In this document: positions 8,833-19,100 of the stretch, in pieces
Position numbering within the stretch: position 1 is the stretch's first letter
How the letters are laid out: each line of letters opens with the position of its first letter
IMG/VR virus record: IMGVR_UViG_2724679462_000002
Span: 32,001 to 96,000 of that record
From: a virus
Lineage: Duplodnaviria > Caudoviricetes
DNA length: 64,000 nt
Strand: one strand, 5' to 3'
Program-made: the position numbers and the translations under genes
Notes under the pieces: generated by a model
Database searches by the model: none
Told to the model about the DNA's origin: nothing
What the model saw: the letters and a program-made list of their open reading frames with translations, nothing else

Positions 8833-10080
8833 ATGTATACCCTGGTATCTGCCATTGGCAAGTCGCTCGCAAACGGCGAAAAATGGAGCGCCATTGACCT
8901 TGGCAAAATGACTTTCGCCAAGGTAATTCAGAACTATTCGACCGTCTACGCGGTCCTTTCGAACCCGTTTCTGGCAGGCAACGTTAGCCTGAATCTGAAC
9001 AAGATCCTCCCGAAGATCACCAACCAGTTTCAGACATTCAACGCGTATCTGGCTGGCCTCGGGAACACGGCGCTACCGACCTCGACGACGATCCCCACGC
9101 TCTCGACGAAGTACGCGCGCTATCAGGACGGCTTTCGCGCGGGGTATGCCATCACGCCCATCAGCTCGCGAGCGTCGGTCACCGCGCCCTTGCCGACTTC
9201 GGAAAAGGCCGACCTCCTGCTGACGCGCTCGGACATCAACTACGAGACCTTCTACGAAAGCTGTCTGGTCTCCGTGAACGGCTTCTTCCACCTGATCGAC
9301 ACCGACAAGCAAACAGGCGTCTGGGTGACGGACGGGATGAAATCCTGCATCCATTCGAAGAAGAACAAGCTCGGCATCGTGAGCTTTCAGGATCTGGGCG
9401 CGCTCACGCACATTCCGATCACAAGCGACATGTTCTTCAAGCAGAAGAGCACGCAGTCTTACGCCAACCATGCCTACCTGAATTTCGGGCGTGACCTCAC
9501 GAACTACACGGTGATGGTGGTGATCGGTGGGTACCTGCATGTGCTCGATTCGAAGACTGTCCGGTTGGTGGGGAAGAATTCGATCATGATCGACTTCAAC
9601 AACTTGCCGCTGTTCGAGCGTTACTTCGAGTCGAAGCCGCACATCGATCTGTCCGGGCTGCCGCTCACGAGCTACCCGAACAATTCGGAAGCGTTCTCGG
9701 TGGACGAGATGCTCTCGGATGCGTTCATCGAGGCGTACCTGACGCTGTCCCAGTCGTTTGTCGTGTTGATCGACAACACCGAACTCTGGACGGATCTCGT
9801 GCGGGTGCGAGCAGCGAAATTTCCGAATCTCTACGTGAGCTACGTGGAGCCACAGTGGCCGCTCGTCGCGGGATACGGGAAGGTGTCGGAGTACTGGTCC
9901 GTTGAGGAGGATGGGCAATGGGCACTGACCACGGAAGACACGTTGCGCGACAACTATCTCTTTCACACCGTTGAAGCCAAGGCGCAGGTGACGCTGACCG
10001 ATTCACGCAACCCGATGAACCCGCAGGACATCAGTTCGGCATTCTTCCTCCGGATCGGCTGTGACATCGACGTAGGCTGA
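8833..10080 (+). CDS. phiKZ-like virion structural protein (415 aa)
   Basis: Long ORF with GGAG RBS; motifs CLVSVNGFFH and VVIGGYLH recalled from phiKZ-like structural proteins. Confidence 0.65.
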   Translation: MYTLVSAIGKSLANGEKWSAIDLGKMTFAKVIQNYSTVYAVLSNPFLAGNVSLNLNKILPKITNQFQTFNAYLAGLGNTALPTSTTIPTLSTKYARYQDGFRAGYAITPISSRASVTAPLPTSEKADLLLTRSDINYETFYESCLVSVNGFFHLIDTDKQTGVWVTDGMKSCIHSKKNKLGIVSFQDLGALTHIPITSDMFFKQKSTQSYANHAYLNFGRDLTNYTVMVVIGGYLHVLDSKTVRLVGKNSIMIDFNNLPLFERYFESKPHIDLSGLPLTSYPNNSEAFSVDEMLSDAFIEAYLTLSQSFVVLIDNTELWTDLVRVRAAKFPNLYVSYVEPQWPLVAGYGKVSEYWSVEEDGQWALTTEDTLRDNYLFHTVEAKAQVTLTDSRNPMNPQDISSAFFLRIGCDIDVG

Positions 10081-10084
10081 GCAA

Positions 10085-10135
10085 ACGGCATAAGAGCCAG
10101 AGAGGACGCGAAGTCCTTTCTGGCTTCTATGACGT
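10085..10135. repeat. GGCATAA/TTATGCC hairpin, copy 3
   Basis: ACGGCATAAGAGCCAGAGAGGAC-GCGAA-GTCCTTTCTGGCTTCTATGACGT between convergent genes. Confidence 0.75.
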
Positions 10136-10142
10136 CTGCTAC

Positions 10143-11048
10143 CTACGCGGCGGCTTCTTCCAGCAACAACTTGAACTTCGCCTCCACCCACTTCGCCACG
10201 GCCGTACGGGCCAGTGCCGGGAGCATCTCGACGGGTTCGAAGCCCACCTGCGCACCGTAGCGCAGCACGTACACCTTGGCATTGGCGTCCGGAAGACCGT
10301 CGACGAGGACGGCCGCGCGTTCCGTGTTGATCAGGAGCTGCGTAGCCTTGGTGTCTCGATTCTGGTAAAAGCCAGATGGCCAGCTCTTGAGGCGCGACTC
10401 CTCGATCCAAAAGGCATCTTCCTGCCAGCGTTTCAAGCTACGACTGTTCCTGCCGAGCCCACCTCGGCCGCCGGTCACTGCGCCGCTGTTCAGATAAGAG
10501 ACAAAGATGCTCTCCGGACCGATGAACGCCTTCAACGACTCGCGCTCACGCTCCTGCTCGTGTGCCTGCGCCGGCGTCGTGGCCGGGGTCGGACCATCTG
10601 CCGGCGTGGGCTGCTCGGTCGCCGCCTGAACCCGCTTCAGATCCGCTTCGCTGACGTGGTCGACCATGTCCACAAGCTGCGACTGGCCTGCGGCGCGGAG
10701 CGCGTCTTTCAGGACGGTCTTCGCGGTTTCGAGCGCGTCAGCCATTGACGGCGCGAGGGGAGCCTTGTGCTTGTCTTCACCGGCGTCGAATCGGTCGACC
10801 TTCCAATCCGAGCCGATGTTGACTTGTGCCGCGCCCGGAACGACCAGGTCTACCGGTTGCGCCATAACGTCCGACGGACGGTCACCGGCGTCCGGCTGCG
10901 GAGCCTGAGAGGGTTGCGCAGCAGCCAGGTTCAGTTGATCTTCGGAGACGTGCTGGAGGCGGAGCGTTAGTTGCAAAAGCGCGCGTTGCGCGCTGGTGAG
11001 ATGCTGGTTGACCGCCGTCAGCGTGTCGATGATTTCTTTGACTTCCAT
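10143..11048 (-). CDS. Hypothetical protein (301 aa)
   Basis: ORF immediately after sbcC with AGGA-type RBS; no recognisable family. Confidence 0.7.
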   Translation of the reverse strand: MEVKEIIDTLTAVNQHLTSAQRALLQLTLRLQHVSEDQLNLAAAQPSQAPQPDAGDRPSDVMAQPVDLVVPGAAQVNIGSDWKVDRFDAGEDKHKAPLAPSMADALETAKTVLKDALRAAGQSQLVDMVDHVSEADLKRVQAATEQPTPADGPTPATTPAQAHEQERERESLKAFIGPESIFVSYLNSGAVTGGRGGLGRNSRSLKRWQEDAFWIEESRLKSWPSGFYQNRDTKATQLLINTERAAVLVDGLPDANAKVYVLRYGAQVGFEPVEMLPALARTAVAKWVEAKFKLLLEEAAA

Positions 11049-11062
11049 CTTCTTGTTTCCTT

Positions 11063-13585
11063 TTAATGCATGGTGACGTGTGTGTTGTAGACCTTCGGCA
11101 CCGCAATGTTCCGGGCGTCTAACACGCAGACCTGCGCGTTCGTGAAGGCACCGTAGTGGGCCTCGAAGTGCGAGATCATGTAAAGCTGCGTGAAAGGTTT
11201 CGTGTCCATCAGTGTCTTGATGGCCATGACTGCCGCGTGCTGATGTTCGAGGTCGAGCGTCTTTCCGAACTCGTCGAGCGTCAGCGGACCGTGGTCGAGA
11301 TGCAGGCGATTCAGCGCGACGACCTTGAAAGCCAGATCGACGATTTCCTGCATTCCACTACTGCCGCGGCTGACGTCCGCAACGATGTTGTCCCGACTAC
11401 CGACGAGAAGAGGAAACTTGTAGTCCAGCTCCGCGCCGCGCTCACTCGACATCCCGCACGGCAGAACTTCAAGCGGGTACGCCCAGATCTTGCGAATCAA
11501 CTGGTTCATCTGGTGGGTAAAACTTCTGATCGATCCCAGCAACCCGTCTGCAATCAGTCCGTCCGTGGGCGAGAGTCCGCGAACACTCACTCGCAAGGCC
11601 TCCTCTTCCAGCGTCCGACGAGCGATCGTCTTGTTGAGACTTTCGACGATGGCCTTCTGCTGGTTGAGCGCGTTCAGGATTTCTTCCTTGCGGGCGAGCG
11701 TGCTCTGGGTCTGCTGGATGCACTGCTGGATCGTCATGCGGCGCAGCGTCTCGACCTGCATTTCCGTGAGATCGTGGAAGCTCCTCCGAGCAACCTCGAT
11801 CTGCTGCGCCAGGTCAATCGCTTCCATCAGCTGGCGACGGTAGAGGGCGAAAGCGTTGAGATCTTGCCGAGCTTCGCCGAGCGTCTTGGTGAGCGCCTCG
11901 ATCTGCAGACTGGACTCGCCGAGCTTCACGGAGACTTCGGCAAGGTTCTGGTCGCCGAGCTCTTCCGACTGGACGAGAAGCTTAGTTAGTTCCTCAATGT
12001 CGTCGATATGGCGCTTCGCCTTGACCTCCAGTTCGAGATCTTCCCGAAGGACCCCAACCAGCATGTTGGCCGCTACCTTCGGTGCCGACTTCAGATGATC
12101 GGTCTCCAGCAGGTGATCCCAGAAGGGACGCAGTGCGGGTGTTCCGCGGATCGTCTGATGCACTTCCCGAAAAAGCTCACCATACGACTGAATCTGCGCG
12201 ATCCTTGCCTCCGTTTTCCCGACCAAGGCTTCCAGAGACTCAAGCTCCGTCTGGTTCCTCACGATTTGAAGGGTGAGCACATCGAGTGCTTCCAGACTCA
12301 CTCCATGTGTAAACGTGTGCTGGCATTTCGGGCAGGTCGTCGCACCGTTTGCCTTGTGCTGTTCGAGGTGCTGCTTCTTCGCTTGGAAGTGAGCGAGCTC
12401 CTGTCCCTTTTTTGTACGAAGCTCCTTGTACGTTAAGAGCTCGGCGCGCGATTCATCTAACTTGGCACGGCTGAACCGTTCATCTTGGTTCTCCGGCAGG
12501 CGGTTCAATAGGTCAAACATCGCCTCGTGAATCGACTCGAACGATTGCATCGCTACCGCCGGATCAAAGCCTTCCAATTTCAGTTGTCGACTTCTGAGCA
12601 ATGCATCGCGTGCGTCGCGCGCTTGCTGAATTCGAAGCTGAACCGACTTGACCCCATCAGTGCCGCGCTTCTTCAGGATTTCGACCGTCTCCTTCAACTT
12701 TTCGTGGTCGGTCACGCTCTTTGTGAGCACTGCCTCCTGCGCGGTAATTCGGTGCCGGACCGTGTCCATGTGTCGGTCGACATCCTCAACCGAATTGAAC
12801 ACCGGCGTGACCAACTCGTACCAATCGTTCCGGTATGGGCGAGCGGGCGACTCCACGCGAAGGTTCAGCAATCGCTCACTCAGCACCCGAAGCTGGGCTT
12901 CCGTTGCCATCCGCGCAGAATCGACTTCTGACAGCGGGCGCTCGATCGGTGCGCGCATCTCAATCAAACGGGTGAGTTCGACGTGGAGCTCTTTCACGTC
13001 TTTGATCAGCTGCTGCTGTTCTTCTTCCGAGATGATCTTCGCCTGCTCGATCACGAGCTGCTTCTTGTCCAGCTTCAGTGCGCCCGACACGTTCCGAAAC
13101 TCTTCCCGCAACTTGTTGTACACACCGATGGCGTAGTCGTAGTTCGTTTCCGCGAGCCGGGTGAACCACTCCCGACGACGAGACGGACCCATGCTAGTGA
13201 ACTTCTCCACGCCGGTCGCCAGATCGTGCGATTCCGCCGTTATCCCGAACTCCTGCTTGACGAGTTCCTTCTGCACCGCCCCGGTCCCGCCCGGGTTCTG
13301 CTCCTCGCCGTCCTTCATGAAACTGTGCTTGTTGCCGGACGCGAACGTGCTCGTCAAAACGAACTGATGTCCGCGATCGACGATATGAACCTCTTTGCTG
13401 CCCTCTTTCGTATAGAACGCCGGGTTCCCGGGCAGCGGCGTGAGCTCCTCGATGAGTGAGGACTTGCCCGAGCCGTTGGTGCCGAGGATTAGCTGGATCA
13501 GCTCGGTCGGACGGATCTCGAACGTTTCAATCTGGTTGAGCTTGAACCGCTTATAGCCCTTCAGTTTCAGTGCCGTGTAGCGCAT
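11063..13585 (-). CDS. sbcC: SbcC/Rad50-like SMC-family ATPase
   Basis: Walker A GTNGSGKSS, long coiled coil with CPKC zinc hook, signature SSGMQ, Walker B LTLDEFG, ISH motif. Confidence 0.92.
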   Translation of the reverse strand: MRYTALKLKGYKRFKLNQIETFEIRPTELIQLILGTNGSGKSSLIEELTPLPGNPAFYTKEGSKEVHIVDRGHQFVLTSTFASGNKHSFMKDGEEQNPGGTGAVQKELVKQEFGITAESHDLATGVEKFTSMGPSRRREWFTRLAETNYDYAIGVYNKLREEFRNVSGALKLDKKQLVIEQAKIISEEEQQQLIKDVKELHVELTRLIEMRAPIERPLSEVDSARMATEAQLRVLSERLLNLRVESPARPYRNDWYELVTPVFNSVEDVDRHMDTVRHRITAQEAVLTKSVTDHEKLKETVEILKKRGTDGVKSVQLRIQQARDARDALLRSRQLKLEGFDPAVAMQSFESIHEAMFDLLNRLPENQDERFSRAKLDESRAELLTYKELRTKKGQELAHFQAKKQHLEQHKANGATTCPKCQHTFTHGVSLEALDVLTLQIVRNQTELESLEALVGKTEARIAQIQSYGELFREVHQTIRGTPALRPFWDHLLETDHLKSAPKVAANMLVGVLREDLELEVKAKRHIDDIEELTKLLVQSEELGDQNLAEVSVKLGESSLQIEALTKTLGEARQDLNAFALYRRQLMEAIDLAQQIEVARRSFHDLTEMQVETLRRMTIQQCIQQTQSTLARKEEILNALNQQKAIVESLNKTIARRTLEEEALRVSVRGLSPTDGLIADGLLGSIRSFTHQMNQLIRKIWAYPLEVLPCGMSSERGAELDYKFPLLVGSRDNIVADVSRGSSGMQEIVDLAFKVVALNRLHLDHGPLTLDEFGKTLDLEHQHAAVMAIKTLMDTKPFTQLYMISHFEAHYGAFTNAQVCVLDARNIAVPKVYNTHVTMH

Positions 13586-13654
13586 TGCGGTCCCCTCCTT
13601 TGTTGTTCCACAGACGATGATCCTATGGCGTAACTTTTACCAAGCGAGTCAGAA

Positions 13655-14620
13655 ATGGGTCCTTCCCAACTCAAGTTTTTCAGCAACGGCATCGTCGCCG
13701 CGAACAAGCCTCTTTCAAGCAACGAAATCGAAGTCACCCCTATCGAAAAGCTGCCCTTCCTGAACGGCGAACTGTCCGATATGGGTAGCCAGATCACCGC
13801 GTCAGGTGCGGACAACACGGGCTCGGCCTACAAGACCCAGGTCGCGTCGTCCAACACGGTGAAGGCAACGTGGCTCAAGCTGGGCGCGGGCAACCGCATG
13901 ACAGCACCGGACGTGCGCCGCGGCGCGACGGTGGCGCTTTATCAATTCGCGGATGAGGACAAGTACTGGTGGACGACGCTGACGGACGACTCCGCGCTGC
14001 GTAAGCTGGAAACGGTCGTCTGGGCGTTCAGCGGAACGGCTGACGAATCACAGGGCACGGATGCGACCAACAGTTACTACATGGAAGTGTCGACGCACCA
14101 GGGATTGATCACCCTGCATACGTCGAAGGGCAACAGCGAGCCCTACGGCTACGACATCCAGCTCAGCACGAAGGAAGGCTACTTCCGCATGCAGGATGAC
14201 ATCGGCAATTACCTGATCCTGGACTCGACGCAGAACCACTTCGAGTTCGGCAACGGTGATCAATCGGTGCTACAGATGCTGAAGCAAAATCTGGCCATGG
14301 CGACGCAGGAATCGATCTCGATGAAGACCAAGAACTTCAACCTCGAGGCGCAGACGTCGAATATCACTTCCAACACGCTCGGCATCAAAGCCACCACCAC
14401 GCACAACGGCGACTTCACGGAGAACGGCGCGATGGGGCTGAACGGCGACATGACCACCGCGGCGGGCGGCGGCGGTAGTGGAGGAACGGCAGGCAGCGGC
14501 AAGATCACGATTGCTGGTCAGACGGAGCTGCTCGGCGATATGGATGTCAAGGGCAACGTCTCGGCGGTCACCATTGCGGCGACCCAGTCGATCACGGCAC
14601 CGAACCTAAAATACAACTAA
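13655..14620 (+). CDS. Baseplate central spike-like protein (321 aa)
   Basis: N-terminal OB-like region (ATWLKLG...TAPDVRRGATVALY) followed by beta-helix-like repeats with a THNG motif; next to sbcC as in phiKZ-like phages. Confidence 0.65.
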   Translation: MGPSQLKFFSNGIVAANKPLSSNEIEVTPIEKLPFLNGELSDMGSQITASGADNTGSAYKTQVASSNTVKATWLKLGAGNRMTAPDVRRGATVALYQFADEDKYWWTTLTDDSALRKLETVVWAFSGTADESQGTDATNSYYMEVSTHQGLITLHTSKGNSEPYGYDIQLSTKEGYFRMQDDIGNYLILDSTQNHFEFGNGDQSVLQMLKQNLAMATQESISMKTKNFNLEAQTSNITSNTLGIKATTTHNGDFTENGAMGLNGDMTTAAGGGGSGGTAGSGKITIAGQTELLGDMDVKGNVSAVTIAATQSITAPNLKYN

Positions 14621-14621
14621 G

Positions 14622-14664
14622 CGACATAAAGCCCAGGGGTCTTCCCCTGGGCGCTTATGCCGTC
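14622..14664. repeat. GGCATAA/TTATGCC hairpin, copy 4
   Basis: CGACATAAAGCCCAGGGG-TCTT-CCCCTGGGCGCTTATGCCGTC between convergent genes. Confidence 0.75.
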
Positions 14665-14666
14665 TT

Positions 14667-16622
14667 TTAGGACGAGACGCTTTCCGTGTTCCAGGCCTTG
14701 TAACCGACTGGAACCGAATTAACGAACGTGCTGCTGCCCGGGTTGTAGGTCACCGAGTCGGAGATCTGCCACGTCGACACTGCCGGGAAGACCTGTGCTG
14801 CAAGGCCGTCCTGCGTGCAAATGCTTGCGATCGAGATCCCGCCGATGTTGCCTTCCGGATTCTGCTCGGTCGGCGTGCCGCCGTTCCACTGTTGCGTGAT
14901 CGGGTTATAGAACCAGATCAACTTGGCCGAGAGGTTCACAGCAATACCTACCGTACTGCCCTGCATCGGCGCCTGCGAGCCAATCGCGTTTACCGTGGCA
15001 CCCAAGTAGAAGATCCCGCTCGTCACCTTCGACATGTTGGTGTACATCATGATGCCGTTGGCGTCGGCGCCCAGCTCGCCGTTCGGCGCTTCGAGCTGGT
15101 TACAGATACCGAAGCCGACCGCGCCCGTGAGGCGGTTGATCGTGGCTTCCGCGTACAGCAGGCCCGAGGACTGACCGTATGTGGTCCGGGCGGTCTGCCA
15201 CTCGTTCTTCGTACCCACGACGGTCATGTTGGAACTCTGAAGCACCATGCCCGACGGCAAGACGGACGAGTCGAACGTCGCCGTGACGGTCGGCGTAGTG
15301 CCACCCCCTCCGGTATTTCCTCCGTCTCCACCAGAAGTTGTCGTGTGACCCCAGACGCTGTAGCCTGACGGAGCGGTATTGACGAAGGCTTGATCACCGA
15401 GGTTGACTGTGACCGTGTCGGCCGTCTCGAGCACGCCACCGTCGCCGGTCATTTCGACCATCGCGCACGGATAGACATATCCGTTATAGCCGGCGGACAT
15501 GATCCCACTGATGTCGATGCCGCCAACGTTCCCGACCGGATCAGCCGATTCGTCGCCATTCCAGAGCCCTGTTTCTGGCATGAGGAACCACACCAGCTTC
15601 GCGTCCAGATTGATCGCCATCCCAAGCGTGTCGCCGGCCGACAAGTTGAACTTGCTCTGCGTGGTACTGATGAACGCGTTGTTGGTCTTGACGCCATTTC
15701 CGGCGTCGGTCCCGCAGAACGCCATGATGCCGTTTCCATCACTGCCCACTGAGGCCAGATCTTCGCGACCGTTGACCAATCCCAGGCCCACCGCGGTCGA
15801 GAACCTGACGATCGTCGCCTCGACGTAATACAGACCGCTGTTATGGGCAACGATAGAACGCGCTGCCCCAAAGCTCATCGGCGCAGCGACCGTAAGATTG
15901 TCGTCCTCCAGCACGAGCCCGTCCGGCAGGCTTTGCGGATCCAGCGTATTCGAGACGTCGCCTCCCCCGCTCGAGACGATGTTGCCGTTCGCGTCGATCA
16001 GTCCGGCGGAAATCATCGACGAGATGAACGACGTAAGCGACGTGACCTGTTGCTGGCTGCTGGTGAGCTGATCCTTCAGCGCCAGAAGCTGCGCCGTGGG
16101 AGTACCGGCCTGGCTGATCGCGGCATTGCGTGTCGAGGTAATCGCCGCATGCTCCGTCTGACTGATCAATGTCTTCGCCGATACTGCCAACGACTTGATT
16201 GTGGGCGTCACACCGATTGCGTCCTGCACGGCCAGCGACACTTTCGATTTCACGTAGGTGAGATCGAGAGAATCCGGCAACGCTCCGCAATGCACACCCA
16301 GCACGATGCTCGTATACGGAACATTGTTCTGGCTCGGCATCTGGGTAATGTACGTGTTCGGCAGATAAAGCCACGTACCGCCCGTCGCCTGCAGCGAAAC
16401 AATTGACGCGCCCGCAGACACGTCATTTTGGAAATCCGTTTGCGTGAGACCGCTCGGCGAGTAGTACAGCGTGAACGGATCCCCTCCGCTCCCGATGATG
16501 TCGCTCAGCAGTCGGACGGCGACGCAGCGGTATGCGACGCCGGCTTGCAGCTTCGCGTCGAAGGGACTTGCCAGCGTCCACAGGCCCGACGATCCGATAT
16601 TCGGATTCAGAGGGGTGGTCAT
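14667..16622 (-). CDS. Probable virion protein with two tandem SPRY/B30.2-like domains (651 aa)
   Basis: Twice-repeated N(L/M)TV...AR...SGL(Y/L)Y(V/A)EATI...VG(L/F)G...G(M/I)A(I/V)NLxAKL(V/I)WF...(Y/F)P...PxGY, separated by Gly linkers. Confidence 0.7.
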   Translation of the reverse strand: MTTPLNPNIGSSGLWTLASPFDAKLQAGVAYRCVAVRLLSDIIGSGGDPFTLYYSPSGLTQTDFQNDVSAGASIVSLQATGGTWLYLPNTYITQMPSQNNVPYTSIVLGVHCGALPDSLDLTYVKSKVSLAVQDAIGVTPTIKSLAVSAKTLISQTEHAAITSTRNAAISQAGTPTAQLLALKDQLTSSQQQVTSLTSFISSMISAGLIDANGNIVSSGGGDVSNTLDPQSLPDGLVLEDDNLTVAAPMSFGAARSIVAHNSGLYYVEATIVRFSTAVGLGLVNGREDLASVGSDGNGIMAFCGTDAGNGVKTNNAFISTTQSKFNLSAGDTLGMAINLDAKLVWFLMPETGLWNGDESADPVGNVGGIDISGIMSAGYNGYVYPCAMVEMTGDGGVLETADTVTVNLGDQAFVNTAPSGYSVWGHTTTSGGDGGNTGGGGTTPTVTATFDSSVLPSGMVLQSSNMTVVGTKNEWQTARTTYGQSSGLLYAEATINRLTGAVGFGICNQLEAPNGELGADANGIMMYTNMSKVTSGIFYLGATVNAIGSQAPMQGSTVGIAVNLSAKLIWFYNPITQQWNGGTPTEQNPEGNIGGISIASICTQDGLAAQVFPAVSTWQISDSVTYNPGSSTFVNSVPVGYKAWNTESVSS

Positions 16623-16641
16623 GATGCTCCTTGTCTAATAC

Positions 16642-18024
16642 TTACTGGGTGTTTGCGACGTACACGCCATCCGCGCCGAACTCCGCGACGTTTGAGATCG
16701 GGAAGTTGGCCTTCGCCACCATCAGGTAGTTGATGCCGTCGTAGGTCGCCACCAGATAAAGAACGTTGTTGCGCGTGAGCTTCGTCATGCCCGCCGGCAC
16801 GTTGCCGTACTGCGTCAGTCCCTCGGCCGCCGCCAACATCTGGCCCAGGAGCAGAACGAAGTTCTGCGTGTCCGTTGCCATGCGTGCGAAGTCCAGACTC
16901 TGCGACGGCACCGAGAGGATGTCCGGGAACACGTGCTCGATCTGGAACTTCGAATCCTTGTTGTTCGGCGAGCCGCAGGTCACCAGCGCCACCGACTTAT
17001 ACGGATACGTCTGCACGCAGCAGTTGGAATTAATATGAGCCGCCGGGTAACCGGTGGCGACCTGCGTCATCATCGCGAGGGCGCGGGATGGGTTGGCAAC
17101 GGGTGAGTAAATCCCGCTCACCTGGTTGCGGTTGGGAATCGCGTACTGATCCCACATGGGAATCAGTGTGAACTCCGTTCGCTTGAACAAATCCGGCAGG
17201 ATCTCCGTCCATTCAGCCTGCGTGTGCGTGCTGTTCGCAAGCACGTATGTGATGATGGCATTGGCGATCGCGTCGATGTTGTTGCCGGCCTGACCGTAGA
17301 TCAACACGGTCCAGTTAGTCGGGATCGTATTCGTCGGCAGTGCCGGATCGATGTAATCGAAGCTCAGCGCGTCGAGGATCGACTCGGGGTTGTCGCCCTT
17401 TGCCGCCTGAATGAGCGTCATCGTGTTGACGAAGGTCTGAGCGTTCAGCTCCGCCTGCACGTTCGACGAGGTCGTGAAGAAGTTGTCCAGATTCGCCATC
17501 GGTGGGACGACGACGATCGAATACTCGTCGTACTCCGCCTTGAACGAGGCATCGGCAAACCAGATCTTGATCAGGTTGTCCTTGCCCGTTGCGATCGAGC
17601 CGTAAGTCGAGTCGGTCGTGTTCTCCCACTGCAGCCATTCGGGTACCCAGTACGTGCCGTCGGTGACCATGTCCCCGCAGGTGAAGTTCTGTGCGCTCGT
17701 CTGAAACTGGTTGAGCAGGCCTGAGAGTATCGTGCTCGCGGCAATCTGGCCGGGGTTCGGCACGGCTTGCGTCTGTGCGAACACCCATGCAGCAATCTGC
17801 ATCACCTGCGTGACGAGATTTGCTGGCACGCCGACAGCGCCTGCGTCCGGATCCTGACTCAGGAAACTCACGAACGTGAGATCCGGATACGTCTCCTGCG
17901 TGTAGTAGATCTTGTCGAGCGAATAGGTGCTCGACTGTGTAGACAGTTCGCCGATGGTTGCGATCGCTCCCGGGGCGTTGTCCGCAAACACATCGTTACT
18001 GATAAAGCCTTTAAGCGAGTACAT
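16642..18024 (-). CDS. phiKZ-like virion structural protein (460 aa)
   Basis: Start moved to ATG 18024 (MYSLKGF, GAGG RBS); motifs IGELS, IWFADASFKAEYDEY, ILPDLFKRTEF. Confidence 0.7.
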   Translation of the reverse strand: MYSLKGFISNDVFADNAPGAIATIGELSTQSSTYSLDKIYYTQETYPDLTFVSFLSQDPDAGAVGVPANLVTQVMQIAAWVFAQTQAVPNPGQIAASTILSGLLNQFQTSAQNFTCGDMVTDGTYWVPEWLQWENTTDSTYGSIATGKDNLIKIWFADASFKAEYDEYSIVVVPPMANLDNFFTTSSNVQAELNAQTFVNTMTLIQAAKGDNPESILDALSFDYIDPALPTNTIPTNWTVLIYGQAGNNIDAIANAIITYVLANSTHTQAEWTEILPDLFKRTEFTLIPMWDQYAIPNRNQVSGIYSPVANPSRALAMMTQVATGYPAAHINSNCCVQTYPYKSVALVTCGSPNNKDSKFQIEHVFPDILSVPSQSLDFARMATDTQNFVLLLGQMLAAAEGLTQYGNVPAGMTKLTRNNVLYLVATYDGINYLMVAKANFPISNVAEFGADGVYVANTQ

Positions 18025-18125
18025 CGCGTTCCCTCTCCCATGACATCGCGGCGACGAAAAGGGCATGGCCAGCCCTTCTCTGGAATAACTACTCAGACTA
18101 TAAAATTAGCTAAAGGGGATTCACC

Positions 18126-18542
18126 TTGAGCCCGATTGAATTCATTGGAAAGCTCGTGTGGAGCGCATGGCCATTCGTCAAGGAAATGGTTTTGGATGGC
18201 AAAAGTCTCGCCTATGCCTTCAGGAACAGTAAGCGCCGCGCGATCTTCAGCATCGTGATCATGGCGAGCTTCACGCTCAACTTAGTGAATCTGAGCGCGG
18301 ACGTCCGGCTCTTGTCGATTCTCGCGAAGTACCTTGAGGTCGAGAAGGAATACAAGACGTCACGCGCTGAAGTCATCCGGTTGAAGGCACGCGTCGAACG
18401 TGACTGCCTGCCGCCCGAGCCTGCTGCCGCTTCGCTGCCCGCAGCGAGCGCCACGCCTCCAGAGCCGCCCCACGCGGCCCCGCCTGATAGCTATCAGGCG
18501 CTCAAAAGCACGTTCGCGGGTCTGCAAGCCGCACACCGCTAA
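18126..18542 (+). CDS. Membrane-anchored protein, i-spanin-like
   Basis: TTG start after AGGGG; hydrophobic segment (AIFSIVIMASFTLNLV), coiled coil, single Cys, Pro-rich tail. Confidence 0.5.
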   Translation: MSPIEFIGKLVWSAWPFVKEMVLDGKSLAYAFRNSKRRAIFSIVIMASFTLNLVNLSADVRLLSILAKYLEVEKEYKTSRAEVIRLKARVERDCLPPEPAAASLPAASATPPEPPHAAPPDSYQALKSTFAGLQAAHR

Positions 18543-18562
18543 CTCACCGCAGGAAATCCACC

Positions 18563-19041
18563 ATGCTCAAGTTCCTATTCGGCGCTGGAATCGCGCTGGG
18601 CCTCGCTTTGGCCGGCTGCAACAGTTTCAACAAGACCACCTACTCGAAGTCAATCAGGCGGCGATTCGAGCGGGATCGAGCGACCACCCACCGTCGCAGA
18701 TCAGCGGGCTGGTCGTAATCATTCCGGACATGCGTGTTGATCCGGCCATCGCTAAATCGCCGCCTCCCACGCCACCGGATGAACCACCCCCGGTCACGAA
18801 AGGTCTGTGTCCTGCGTACCGCATGCCGACCCTTCCTCGTGCACCCGACGTCCCGATCAAGCAACTGGATGCCATCAAGCCTTCCGACGATGCTGCTGTG
18901 GACGCGCTCGCGCGTGCTCACATCGTCGAGTTGCACAACTACATAGACCAGACACAACGCATTCTGAAGAAGTCATACCAGGACTACGTCAAACGCTGTG
19001 AGACGCACAAAAAACATATCGAACATCGCGCTAAGTCTTGA
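18563..19041 (+). pseudogene. Lipoprotein (o-spanin-like) split by an apparent -1 frameshift near 18630-18650
   Basis: AGGA RBS; MLKFLFGAGIALGLALAGC lipobox frame stops at 18718; the Pro-rich, two-Cys body continues in the -1 frame to 19041. Confidence 0.6.
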
Positions 19042-19100
19042 GCAAGGTATTTTTGACGTACCTCCCGAATCCCGTAGTCAGAGACCTCAGGATCGGAACA

